IMG/VR virus record: IMGVR_UViG_3300022602_000027
DNA from: a virus
Lineage: Duplodnaviria; Caudoviricetes
Reading direction: 5' to 3' (one strand)
Length of the DNA: 64,000 nt
Positions 26,671 to 36,286 of this stretch are shown piece after piece. Within the stretch, counting starts at the first letter, position 1; each line of letters begins with the position of its first letter. The position numbers and the translations under genes were made by a program. Under the pieces are notes generated by a model. It was not told the origin of the DNA, did not search any database, and saw nothing but the letters and a program-made list of their open reading frames with translations.

Positions 26671-27486
26671 TTATCGTCTTTTGATGATTGCGGCTTTTTT
26701 ACGAGCCTTTGGTTTGTAGTCTTCCATCGGAGCTCCAAACAAACTTACTTTATTTTGATCCAGTGCATTAACGCTTTTTACGGGCTTATTATTAGCGTTA
26801 TTAGCATAATCTGGGTTTATTACTGTGGCTACATTAGCGGAACTTGTAGCACCTACTGTAGCTGATTCTTTAACGTTCTGCTCTTTCATTAGCGCAGAAT
26901 TACCTGTGCTGTTTTCAATGTCTTGTTCTTTACTACTAATAGAGTAGTCCATAACAGTTACAATTTTATCTGAGGCTTGCGCAATTTCACTTTGAACCCA
27001 GTCCGGTAAATCTTCGTCATCACCTATTGCATTAATCAAGTGTGTTATTACTCGGTTCATAGTATGAAGTTGATTTTTAACAAAATTGCCTTCGCCTTGG
27101 GTATGATTCTTAGGATCTACATTTTTTATTTCTGTATCTCTAACGTTGCCTTTAAACTCTTCTGCTACGCCCTCTGGTTTACCAAATGGGAATACTTCGA
27201 TCCATTTGCCGCCTTCGTTTTTAACAAATTTACCTTGATGAAACTTACTGCGTACAATATGGGCATGTTTAAGTGCTCGTGTTTGATCGGGTCTCCAGCC
27301 GTTGTATTCTGCTTCTCCCTTGTCATCAGGATAAACCCATTTTTCTTTCATGCGACCGTCAACAACTTTGTACCATCTTGATGGTGGTTCAGCGGCATCG
27401 TCTTCGTGGCCCATACGCTGGATATCACGTTTACTCCAGCCTGTTACGTCACGGAAACCTGCTTCAATTAAATTGTGCATTTTCAT
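26671..27486 (-). CDS. hypothetical protein (271 aa)
   Basis: ORF track; contains EGNFVKNQL...LPDWVQSEIAQASDKI domain. Confidence 0.75.
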   Translation of the reverse strand: MKMHNLIEAGFRDVTGWSKRDIQRMGHEDDAAEPPSRWYKVVDGRMKEKWVYPDDKGEAEYNGWRPDQTRALKHAHIVRSKFHQGKFVKNEGGKWIEVFPFGKPEGVAEEFKGNVRDTEIKNVDPKNHTQGEGNFVKNQLHTMNRVITHLINAIGDDEDLPDWVQSEIAQASDKIVTVMDYSISSKEQDIENSTGNSALMKEQNVKESATVGATSSANVATVINPDYANNANNKPVKSVNALDQNKVSLFGAPMEDYKPKARKKAAIIKRR

Positions 27487-27713
27487 TTTGTTCTTCCTCT
27501 AAAGCCTGTACCTACTGCACGTTCACCGCCCATAAATTTAGGTAAACTAAACCACAACTTAAACCATTCTTCAGTTCCGGGTTGTATATTTTGCTCACGC
27601 TCTATAATTCGTTTCTCTGTACCAGTTATACTAATATTACTTCCGCCATAAGGTTGAAGTCCTTTAAACTCTGTAATGCCTGCCAACTTCTTAAGACGTG
27701 CTAGTTCATCCAT
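27483..27713 (-). CDS. hypothetical protein (76 aa)
   Basis: ORF track; MDELARLKKLAGITE start; stop/start overlaps on both sides. Confidence 0.7.
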   Translation of the reverse strand: MDELARLKKLAGITEFKGLQPYGGSNISITGTEKRIIEREQNIQPGTEEWFKLWFSLPKFMGGERAVGTGFRGRTK

Positions 27714-28156
27714 TACTTAAGACTCGCTCTCAACATCCAGCTGTGTTTTTTATGTGCATCTTGACGATCAGCCAAGAAATTGCTTAGTCCATGATCACCA
27801 TGTCCTTCTGCCATATCAAAAGTAATACGAAATATTTCTGACATCTTTTCGCTATCTGCTAACAATTCACTTAACATTCCATGTGTATCGGGAACAGCAT
27901 TTTCATCTTCAACTGCTGATAACAAACTAAATTTTTGTAGGCTAGCAGGTGTATATACTTCTAACGCACGAATTTGTTCAGCAAATGTATCAATGCTACC
28001 GTATACTTCGTCATAAATTCTTTCAAACAATAAATGCAGTTGATAAAATATTGGCCCTTCACAGTTCCAATGAAAATTTTGTGCCTTTAATGCAAAGGCA
28101 TATTCACTGGCAAATGCAGTCTTGAGTGCTAAATGATATTTGTTTGATTCTTCCAT
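27713..28156 (-). CDS. dps: Dps / ferritin-like DNA-protecting protein
   Basis: NFHWNCEG, LHLLFE and DTFAEQIRAL ferroxidase ligands; C-terminal HKKHSWML. Confidence 0.9.
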   Translation of the reverse strand: MEESNKYHLALKTAFASEYAFALKAQNFHWNCEGPIFYQLHLLFERIYDEVYGSIDTFAEQIRALEVYTPASLQKFSLLSAVEDENAVPDTHGMLSELLADSEKMSEIFRITFDMAEGHGDHGLSNFLADRQDAHKKHSWMLRASLK

Positions 28157-28710
28157 TATACACCGTACTTGTTACGAGGTTTTTGTGCAACTGGACTAGT
28201 TTGATTTACAGTTGACAACTCTACACTAGGCTTACTAGTTTTTAAGCTAGTCTTATGCCCTTGTCGTTTAATTTCTTTATCAAACCTTGCATGTTCTTCA
28301 GGAGCGAAAGGCATAAAGAATGGATGCTTACCGATATTGTCGGCAGTGGCAATATTACGATCCCCGGCTGCTAGTCCCATACCTAATCTATATACACCGT
28401 AGAAATCGCTTGGTAAATCTTCTACACTAAATGCTCCGGGCATCGCAGCCTTTGATTCATCGGATAAATCTCCTCGAATACTACCGTATTCATTATTATC
28501 TTGATGACGACTATGCGTGTCATGCGGGGATCCATCTTTTGGAACCCCTAACTTACCTGATGTAAATGATTTAGGGTTGTATTTTTTTGTAGCTTGAGTT
28601 ATTTTACCGTCCTTTTTTGTTTGCGCAAGAGTTTTACCTTGACGATCAACTTTGTCAGGGTTGCTTATGCTATCATCAGCAGATTCGATAATAAATTCTT
28701 TAGCTCTCAT
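28156..28710 (-). CDS. RNKYG-family hypothetical protein, paralog 3 (184 aa)
   Basis: Starts MRAKEFIIES, ends SPVAQKPRNKYGV. Confidence 0.8.
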   Translation of the reverse strand: MRAKEFIIESADDSISNPDKVDRQGKTLAQTKKDGKITQATKKYNPKSFTSGKLGVPKDGSPHDTHSRHQDNNEYGSIRGDLSDESKAAMPGAFSVEDLPSDFYGVYRLGMGLAAGDRNIATADNIGKHPFFMPFAPEEHARFDKEIKRQGHKTSLKTSKPSVELSTVNQTSPVAQKPRNKYGV

Positions 28711-29094
28711 TTAAATTCCGTATTTGTTTCGTTTCTTAGCGGCTACAGGACTTACATTGTGTACATCATCGGGTTCGTGGCTTGGAGTACGTGGACGAAC
28801 TTGATGGTATTCTGTAGGTATTGCTTTATGAACTTGCTGTATCATTTCATGTTCTTTATCAGTATATGGGTGTAAAGTCCACATAGTCCCCATCCAGCTT
28901 TCGTGATCAATATCAAGTTTTTCATTACTACCGTCTGCCATTGCTAGTGCCATACCTGTACGCAATTGGTGATATGATGGATACCAACCACCTGGATCAC
29001 GCTGACGGCTGTATCCTTGATGGACTGCTTCGTGGTCCGGATGCGTTTGCCCAGATCGTTCAGTTATGAATTCTTTAGCTCTCATTTAAATTCC
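28694..29094. repeat. identical 26-bp direct repeat spanning two stop/start junctions (28694-28719 and 29069-29094)
   Basis: AATTCTTTAGCTCTCATTTAAATTCC read at both positions. Confidence 0.9.
28711..29085 (-). CDS. RNKYG-family hypothetical protein, paralog 2 (124 aa)
   Basis: Starts MRAKEFITER, ends SPVAAKKRNKYGI. Confidence 0.8.
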   Translation of the reverse strand: MRAKEFITERSGQTHPDHEAVHQGYSRQRDPGGWYPSYHQLRTGMALAMADGSNEKLDIDHESWMGTMWTLHPYTDKEHEMIQQVHKAIPTEYHQVRPRTPSHEPDDVHNVSPVAAKKRNKYGI

Positions 29095-32000
29095 ATACTT
29101 GTTACGTTTAGGCTTAGCCACTGGACTATTCTTATTAATGTTGTCTGGCTCGCGACTACGATCTGATAATACTGTTGGATTACCGATGCCTAAAGTTTTT
29201 CCGGCTGCTTTGATGATTTCTAAATCTGCATCACTATATGGTGCTAGTAAAGGATCTCCAGCAAACCAACTTGCAGTGGGCATGTCGATATTTTCATCTG
29301 CATTAGGGTGAGCACCTGCTAGTGCAAGTCCAAAACGATATTGCAGATAACTACTACCGTTTGATTTATTCATGCTAATGTCTGGATAACTAACTGCATT
29401 ATTAAGCCCTGCGATTGAATTATGTGAAAGCTCTTGAACATCGCCTTGTCCAGCATAAGGCGCATCTTTAGTAGCCGCTGTAATTGTAGCTTTTTCGTTA
29501 AGTTGTTTTCTTGTAAATTCGCTTGCTCGCATTTTTCTAATCCAGTTGTTGGCTTCTTTTATATTTAGCGGTTCAACAGGTGGCTCATCTTGTGCTGGAA
29601 CTTGTGCCGGTATTTGAGGTTGTGGGTTAGGATCACGCTTATCAACAACATTTACAGAAGCTCCGGGAACCATGCCCATGCCCTGCTGTGTTACTTGCAT
29701 TAGATGTTTAATCCAAGAATCTGGTAAAGGTTTAGCACCAAATGATCCGCCATTAAACGCATCTCGCCAAAATTCCATAGCTGGTTCTTTATGACCATGT
29801 GCCGCCAATGCTGCCATTTTGCGTAGTTGTGTGCCACTTACACCTTGTCCACGTGGCGTAACATCTAAACTTGCGCGAACGTGTTCGTAACCAGCAAACT
29901 TGTTAACTGCTTTCATTAGAACTTGTGCAATATTCATATTAGCACGATCCTCACCCACCATAATAACAATATTGTCGTATCGCGGAGGTTTGCCTGGTAG
30001 CGGATTGATTAATTCGTGTTTAATCTTTTGTAGTAGTGTACCGCCTTCATGTGTGACTGTACTCATATGGCTAGCATATTGCGGATACAATTTATGCCAT
30101 GTTTGAACTTTGATGCTAGGAGGAATAGGATCATCCTTGCCTTCTGCATTGCCAATAAACAAATATGGATCACCGCCTAATTCTTTAGCCTTGTTAACTG
30201 TATAATTCCACAGCTCTTGATGTCCTTTGTGTCCAACAAACGACCCTATAGCAACTACAGCAGTTTTATTAGTGTTTTCACGAGTCTGTTCAGCTCTTGC
30301 GGCAGCCTTGGCAGCATTTTTATTTGCAATAATTTGACGTTGCTCTTGGCTGGTAACCTTAATAGGACCTAATCTACTATTAATAACAATACCTTCGTAT
30401 TCATCACCTAGTAAATTTTTACCAACAATATTAGGATCGTTAATAATAGCCTTTTCTAATTCTAGTGCTATCGGTTGTAGTATTTCTTTAGCTTCACGTT
30501 TTAGTGCTAGTTTTCCACTAGTTAACATTGCTTTAATTTGTTCAATGTTCTCCATTGGGGGAACAATGGCAGTAACATCTAGGGCTTTGTTTTGTGTTAA
30601 TCTATTGTTAATAAACATAACACTATCTTGTTGTCCAAGTTTTGTTAATTGTTCAACTACTTTATGCCCATCGGGGATTGACTCACCTGTAGTTGCATCA
30701 CTAACATGGAACGGAACAAGAGCTAATTCAATACCTTCAGGCAATTTGTCATAGTGTATACCGACAAATTTTAATTTACCTTCTGGTGTTTCTGTAGCAA
30801 ATGGAATGAATAAGACTTCACATGTTACTTGTTTGTTTACTAAAAATTCTGGACCTAACTTACTGTCTACTAATTCTATAGCTTTCATCATTTCGTTAAA
30901 CAAGTCATCAAACATTTGAGCACGACCTAGTATGTCCGGATCAGTTGTTCCTTTTTGTTGATGGTATTTTACAAATCCAGGTTCATAACGTGGCTCAGTA
31001 CGGCTAGTACCCATAAAAGGTTTGCCTTCTGCATTTTTACCAAAGCGTCCACCAAAGCCGTCTACTTTAACATTAAGTGGAATATTCTTTAATTCAAACT
31101 TACCATTGTCGTGTAGCTCGTCTAGTAAATCTAATAAGTCCATTGGTTTTAAATCACGCAAGTGTGGCATACCTTTACGTAATTGTGCTTTAACTTCAGC
31201 TTCAGTTAACGGACGACTAGCATTACGAGCCGCACGTAGTTTGGCAACTTGTGCTCTTGGTTGACGTTCTTCAGGATAATCTTTTTTATACTGTTCAACC
31301 TCGTGATGCTCTTCTTCATAATCAGCCGCCATTGTTTTAGCTTTAGTTTCTAAAGATGCTTTGTCGGTTAAATTAAGATGTGCTAGTGCATAATTAATAG
31401 CAGACATTTTAACAGCACGATCGCCTTCTGGATCGTCTCTGTTTATCATTTGTGAACCTACTTCAAAACACAATTGAATAAAAGCATCCATTGTTATTTG
31501 ATTTTCTTCAGGAGTTTTAAAAGTATTCATTAAATCAATAGTACCAACAAAACTTTTTTGTTTTTCGCTTTCCTGTTTATTAGGTTGACGACCAAAGAAT
31601 AATTCAAACTGTTGATTTAAATCTTGTATATAGGGTCTATCTTTAGTAGGTATTTCAATCATAATTGGAATACCGTCCTGCTCGCGTCCAGTTTCTTGAT
31701 ACTTTTGACTCAATCCGCCACCAGTAGTTCCATGTACAGCAAATGATATGTTACTGTCAGTGATTGGACCTTTTAATTTAGTCTTCATCTGAACATATTT
31801 TGTTGTAGGTGATCCTTTAGTTAATGATCTATACAAGTATTTGTGGAACACACCTTTGATGCCGCTGACTACCCCAGTGCCATCCTTCTTGCCTTTTTCC
31901 TGCGCACTTAAATCGTTCCACTCTGAGTTGTGACTGAATCTATACCAAGGAGTCGGTGCATTAGTCTTTTGGTCATACTCACCAAATTCAAAATCTATTT

Positions 32001-32496
32001 GTACTTTGATAGGTAAATGATTTGATGTAATTTCAAATAATGCATTAAATTGTCCGCCGTTGTTACTAAATCCTAGTAACTTTGCAGGACCTACTTGTCT
32101 TCCATGATGTGTTGTTAAAAAGTTTTTAACTTGTGGTTCTAAATTTCTATCGCATTGTGTATCTATATCACCGACTACTGGTTTTACTCTTAAAAATTCT
32201 TCGTCTGATATATGCGGTACATTAAAAAAGTGCAGTGATGAACCTCCTAAGAATTCTCTACTCTTTAATAGTTGAGGATTCCATAGTGGTGTACTATTTT
32301 GTGCTTCAAATGCTTGATTAATTCCGTGCAGGACTTGATCTAATATTCCAATGACTTGTGTACGATTGTGTACAGCTAAGTCTATACGATCGGCACGATG
32401 TTTAATATTAGGATCGTTAACATCATCAACTTCGGCATTACCGCCTTCAACAATGATAATGTGGGGTTTGCGTACAAACAACTCTCGTAATAGCAT
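29086..32496 (-). CDS. multidomain nucleotidyltransferase-like protein (Pol-beta-type + ATP-dependent ligase-type + HIGH-type) with C-terminal RNKYG module (1136 aa)
   Basis: LGGSS...GDIDT...VQIDF; NVKVDG...CEVLF...YEGIVI...IKV; GSFVGHKGHQ...VSGTQLR; C-terminal MRASEF...SPVAKPKRNKYGI. The ORF is certain; domain calls are by eye. Confidence 0.6.
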   Translation of the reverse strand: MLLRELFVRKPHIIIVEGGNAEVDDVNDPNIKHRADRIDLAVHNRTQVIGILDQVLHGINQAFEAQNSTPLWNPQLLKSREFLGGSSLHFFNVPHISDEEFLRVKPVVGDIDTQCDRNLEPQVKNFLTTHHGRQVGPAKLLGFSNNGGQFNALFEITSNHLPIKVQIDFEFGEYDQKTNAPTPWYRFSHNSEWNDLSAQEKGKKDGTGVVSGIKGVFHKYLYRSLTKGSPTTKYVQMKTKLKGPITDSNISFAVHGTTGGGLSQKYQETGREQDGIPIMIEIPTKDRPYIQDLNQQFELFFGRQPNKQESEKQKSFVGTIDLMNTFKTPEENQITMDAFIQLCFEVGSQMINRDDPEGDRAVKMSAINYALAHLNLTDKASLETKAKTMAADYEEEHHEVEQYKKDYPEERQPRAQVAKLRAARNASRPLTEAEVKAQLRKGMPHLRDLKPMDLLDLLDELHDNGKFELKNIPLNVKVDGFGGRFGKNAEGKPFMGTSRTEPRYEPGFVKYHQQKGTTDPDILGRAQMFDDLFNEMMKAIELVDSKLGPEFLVNKQVTCEVLFIPFATETPEGKLKFVGIHYDKLPEGIELALVPFHVSDATTGESIPDGHKVVEQLTKLGQQDSVMFINNRLTQNKALDVTAIVPPMENIEQIKAMLTSGKLALKREAKEILQPIALELEKAIINDPNIVGKNLLGDEYEGIVINSRLGPIKVTSQEQRQIIANKNAAKAAARAEQTRENTNKTAVVAIGSFVGHKGHQELWNYTVNKAKELGGDPYLFIGNAEGKDDPIPPSIKVQTWHKLYPQYASHMSTVTHEGGTLLQKIKHELINPLPGKPPRYDNIVIMVGEDRANMNIAQVLMKAVNKFAGYEHVRASLDVTPRGQGVSGTQLRKMAALAAHGHKEPAMEFWRDAFNGGSFGAKPLPDSWIKHLMQVTQQGMGMVPGASVNVVDKRDPNPQPQIPAQVPAQDEPPVEPLNIKEANNWIRKMRASEFTRKQLNEKATITAATKDAPYAGQGDVQELSHNSIAGLNNAVSYPDISMNKSNGSSYLQYRFGLALAGAHPNADENIDMPTASWFAGDPLLAPYSDADLEIIKAAGKTLGIGNPTVLSDRSREPDNINKNSPVAKPKRNKYGI

Positions 32497-32498
32497 GG

Positions 32499-32873
32499 TT
32501 AGTCCTTGTACTTGCCTTCAGCATGGTGTTGACTGTGATCATCGTATAATTTTTCACATACCTGCTTAAGAGTGTCTTCATCTAAGTTGTCTGGAAGTTC
32601 ACGAATAGGAAATTGTTTAATATAGGATTTATAACTGTCTTCTACGGCTGTTTTAAATATTCCAGGCTTTGGATCTTTTTTGCTATCTTTGATTTCTAAG
32701 AATTTAGCAAGTACTGGATATGTGTAACGACGATAGCAATGATCGTCATGCTCCATGAAATGTGTTAGATCATCAACAATGTCATAGTTAATACTGCGAC
32801 GTCCATCTTCTTCGTGTTGTACAAAGTCTGAATCTTTGAAGAAAGTACCTTCTAATAGTTCTCTTAAGCGCAT
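32499..32873 (-). CDS. hypothetical protein (124 aa)
   Basis: ORF track; MRLRELLEG start resembles neighbours. Confidence 0.75.
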   Translation of the reverse strand: MRLRELLEGTFFKDSDFVQHEEDGRRSINYDIVDDLTHFMEHDDHCYRRYTYPVLAKFLEIKDSKKDPKPGIFKTAVEDSYKSYIKQFPIRELPDNLDEDTLKQVCEKLYDDHSQHHAEGKYKD

Positions 32874-32930
32874 TTTTAAGCCCGTTATAATAATTCAGCA
32901 GAAAACTCTGCGGTTAGAGTATTTATCGCT

Positions 32931-33539
32931 TTAGCTTTTAACTATACGCTCAACTTTGGCTATGCCCTCACCTAAATGCATACGTGTTAACAGCAGATTT
33001 TTGTCCCCTGTAAGGTAAAAATGCGTCCCACCCCAGGTTCGATTCCTTAATAGTTCACGCTTGGCGCTTTTAGTTAGTTTAAGATTTTTATTACCCTCAG
33101 CCCATTCGATAAATGCTGAATGCTCGTGAGTAGTTTTACCCAGGGTAATTCTGTAGTCAAAGTTCATCTTAGGCATGATAACTGTATCTTTTTCTAATGT
33201 AGCATTAGGTTTTGGACTTGATACGTACTTTACCTTTAATTTATCTAATTTTACAATCTTATCTACTTGCTTTAAGTCATTTAAGTATACACTAAGCCAT
33301 GGTGATTCTACTCTGACTTCAATATCTACTAATGTATTAAGTGTATTTGCTAATTTGATAGCATAATCTATATCGTCTTTAGATTTAATGCCGTGTTGTG
33401 TACTCGTTAGGCGAGCTATTGTACTATTAAAGTCCCCACTACGAAACCATTGAGCCCCAACTAGGGACAGCACAACTTTGTGCTGATACTGTCCCCTAAA
33501 TAGCTTAGTTGTAGTCTTATACTGCATCAGGAATTTCAA
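32931..33539 (-). CDS. hypothetical protein (~200 aa)
   Basis: ORF track; likely start MQYK at 33527. Confidence 0.7.
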   Translation of the reverse strand: MKFLMQYKTTTKLFRGQYQHKVVLSLVGAQWFRSGDFNSTIARLTSTQHGIKSKDDIDYAIKLANTLNTLVDIEVRVESPWLSVYLNDLKQVDKIVKLDKLKVKYVSSPKPNATLEKDTVIMPKMNFDYRITLGKTTHEHSAFIEWAEGNKNLKLTKSAKRELLRNRTWGGTHFYLTGDKNLLLTRMHLGEGIAKVERIVKS

Positions 33540-35802
33540 CTAACGGTTGTGTAGCATCTACAGTTAGCAATGGTAATTTAGACTCTTTAGGTTTGCTAAC
33601 TAGACTAATCTTATCATCAACAACTGTGATAGTTACCCACCCGCCGTTCTTTAAATCACCAAACAACATGGCTTTAGCTAAGTCACGTTTAATTTCCTTG
33701 TCAATGACACGTTGTAATGGACGAGCACCCATCTTAGCATCAAAGCCTTTGGTAATTAACCATTCTGTAGCTTCTTTGTTGATCTTAATACGAACGCCCT
33801 TGTCTTTAACTTGATCTTTAAGCTCATCAACAAACTTGTTAACAATTTTAACCATAGTGTCTTTACCTAACTTGTTAAATGTAACAACACTATCTAAACG
33901 ATTGCGGAACTCTGGAGTTAAGAACTTCTTCAAGTCGGCATCGCTATAGTCTTTCTCTTGTGCGCCAAAACCAATTGCATTTTTTTCTGCTGATTGTGCG
34001 CCAGCATTAGTAGTAAGAATAAGAACAATGTTACGGCAGTCTGCTTTCTTACCATTTGATCCTGTAATAAAGCCATTATCCATCAGCTGTAATAACACAG
34101 TCATTACATCTGGATGTGCTTTTTCAACTTCATCTAACAACAATACAGCATTAGGTGCTTCTTGAATCTGTGTAATCAACTGTCCAGCATCTTCTTCAAA
34201 GCCAACATAACCTGGAGGGCTACCAATCAGCTTACTGATGCTGTGCTTCTCTTGATATTCACTCATATCAAAACGTAGCAACTTAACTCCTAGGTTCTTA
34301 GCAAGTGCCTTAGCAGTTTCAGTCTTACCTGTACCTGTTGGACCCATGAATACAAATGACCCAACAGGTTTATTTTCTGATTTAAGTCCTGCTTGTGCTA
34401 CTAAGATCTTATCTACAACTTCAGTAAGAGCTAAATCTTGTCCGTAAACTTGCTGTGAAAGATTTTCTTGTAGGTTAACAAGACTGCTAGATTCTGTTTC
34501 CATAATCTTTTCTTCAGGCATATTAACTACTTTGGCTAATTCAAACTGAATTTCTTTTTCAGCAACAATACGTTCATCGGCAAGTTTAAGATTAAATCGT
34601 GAACATGCCAAGTCAATTAAATCGATTGCCTTATCTGGTAATTTCTTATCAGCTTGATACTTAACTGACAACTTAATAGCGGCATCAATCGCGTCATCAC
34701 GGATCTTAACATTGTGATGTGATTCGTAATATTTCTTGATACCTTTAAGGATTTGACGTGTAACTTCGATTGTAGGCTCATCAACAGTAATGCGTTGGAA
34801 TCGACGCATTAGGGCACGATCCTTTTCAAAGTGTTTACGATATTCTTCCCAGGTAGTACTTGCCACAACTTTAATGTTGCCTTTGCTTAGAGCCGGTTTC
34901 ATCATGTTAGCAAGATCGTTAGCAGAGTTGCTAGCAGATCCTGCGCCAGAGATCATATGTGCCTCATCGATGAACAGCACAGTCTTACCTTTCTTAGCCA
35001 ATCCTTTTAGAACCATCTTAAAGCGTTCTTCAAAGTCGCCACGATATTTAGATCCAGCAAGCATAGCTGAAATGTCTAAACTGTAGACTTTGTAATCCTT
35101 GAGGAATTCTGGGACTGCGCCCTGTACTATGTTGTATGCTAAACCTTCGGCTATAGCCGTCTTGCCTACACCAGGATCTCCTACTAGGATCACGTTGTTC
35201 TTGTTTCGACGACCCATTGCTAGTGCAATGTTTTCTAATTCGTCTACACGACCAATAACCGGGTCAATCTTTTTCTTAGTAACTTCGTCATTTAAGTTTA
35301 CAGTAAATGCTTTTAAAGCACGATCACCTTGCATATTACCTGCAGGTGATTCCTCTTCTTCGCCTTCTTCTACAGAATTATTAATGTAGTCGGCAAATTT
35401 GTCTTTGTCAATATTAGCTTGTTGAATATAGAATACAGCCCAACTACGCTTTTCTCCCATCATGGCAAGGAATACATCAGTTGGCTCAATCTTTTGACGT
35501 CCATTAAACAACACTTGAGTAAATGCACGATTAAGTACACGTTCAACTGCTTGTGTCTTTTTAGGTTTAACTACTACATCTTGTAGAGTAATTTCTCCAC
35601 ATTTATTATTCAAGTAGTCTGATAGATTTTGTTTTAATACATCTGAATTACTTCCAAATCCTTGCAATGTATTAGTAAAGTTGTCATCTGACAACATGGC
35701 AAACAACAAATGCTCGATTGTTAGATATTCGTGATGTAATTTCTTAGCAGTTTCGATTGCTGTTTCAAATACTGCTTGTAGATTATCGCTTGGTTCAACC
35801 AT
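33517..35802 (-). CDS. clpA: ATP-dependent Clp protease ATP-binding subunit ClpA
   Basis: Clp N-domain HEYLTIEHLL; NBD1 GDPGVGKT and FIDEAH; NBD2 GPTGTGKT and LLDEVEK; ClpP-binding loop AIGFGA; GARPL; no ClpB middle domain. Confidence 0.95.
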   Translation of the reverse strand: MVEPSDNLQAVFETAIETAKKLHHEYLTIEHLLFAMLSDDNFTNTLQGFGSNSDVLKQNLSDYLNNKCGEITLQDVVVKPKKTQAVERVLNRAFTQVLFNGRQKIEPTDVFLAMMGEKRSWAVFYIQQANIDKDKFADYINNSVEEGEEEESPAGNMQGDRALKAFTVNLNDEVTKKKIDPVIGRVDELENIALAMGRRNKNNVILVGDPGVGKTAIAEGLAYNIVQGAVPEFLKDYKVYSLDISAMLAGSKYRGDFEERFKMVLKGLAKKGKTVLFIDEAHMISGAGSASNSANDLANMMKPALSKGNIKVVASTTWEEYRKHFEKDRALMRRFQRITVDEPTIEVTRQILKGIKKYYESHHNVKIRDDAIDAAIKLSVKYQADKKLPDKAIDLIDLACSRFNLKLADERIVAEKEIQFELAKVVNMPEEKIMETESSSLVNLQENLSQQVYGQDLALTEVVDKILVAQAGLKSENKPVGSFVFMGPTGTGKTETAKALAKNLGVKLLRFDMSEYQEKHSISKLIGSPPGYVGFEEDAGQLITQIQEAPNAVLLLDEVEKAHPDVMTVLLQLMDNGFITGSNGKKADCRNIVLILTTNAGAQSAEKNAIGFGAQEKDYSDADLKKFLTPEFRNRLDSVVTFNKLGKDTMVKIVNKFVDELKDQVKDKGVRIKINKEATEWLITKGFDAKMGARPLQRVIDKEIKRDLAKAMLFGDLKNGGWVTITVVDDKISLVSKPKESKLPLLTVDATQPLVEIPDAV

Positions 35803-36286
35803 TTAATTTCCTTTGCTTTTTGCGTGCCATTTTTAATTTTAAATCACTTACATATTCTGTAAATGTAATACCGTCTAAATGATCCAATTCATGTTGGAAA
35901 CATCTAGAGTCGATGCCTTCAAGTTCTATTATACACTGTTTGCCAGTATTGTCAAGATACATGGCAGTAATTTTATCGCTTCGTTTAATTTTAAGCCATA
36001 AGTTTGGAAAACTTAAACACCCCTCGTCGGCATCAATGTTTGCATTATCACCTACAAGAATAGTAGGATTGAAGAAACCCATTTCTCGTCCATCTTTGAG
36101 TTTCATAACAAATACTCTGCGTAGTAATCCAACTTGATTAGCGGCAAGACCAATACCGTTATTTGCTTTCATAATCTCAAGCATTTCTCTTTCGATTACT
36201 GCGGCATTGACATGATTTTCAAAATCCCAATTCTCAGCTTTTTGCTTTAATATTGGATCAGGTTCTTTGACTAATTCTAGCATCAA
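35795..36286 (-). CDS. def: peptide deformylase
   Basis: All three motifs present: [13 protein letters not shown] and QHELDHLDG. Confidence 0.95.
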   Translation of the reverse strand: MMLELVKEPDPILKQKAENWDFENHVNAAVIEREMLEIMKANNGIGLAANQVGLLRRVFVMKLKDGREMGFFNPTILVGDNANIDADEGCLSFPNLWLKIKRSDKITAMYLDNTGKQCIIELEGIDSRCFQHELDHLDGITFTEYVSDLKLKMARKKQRKLNG

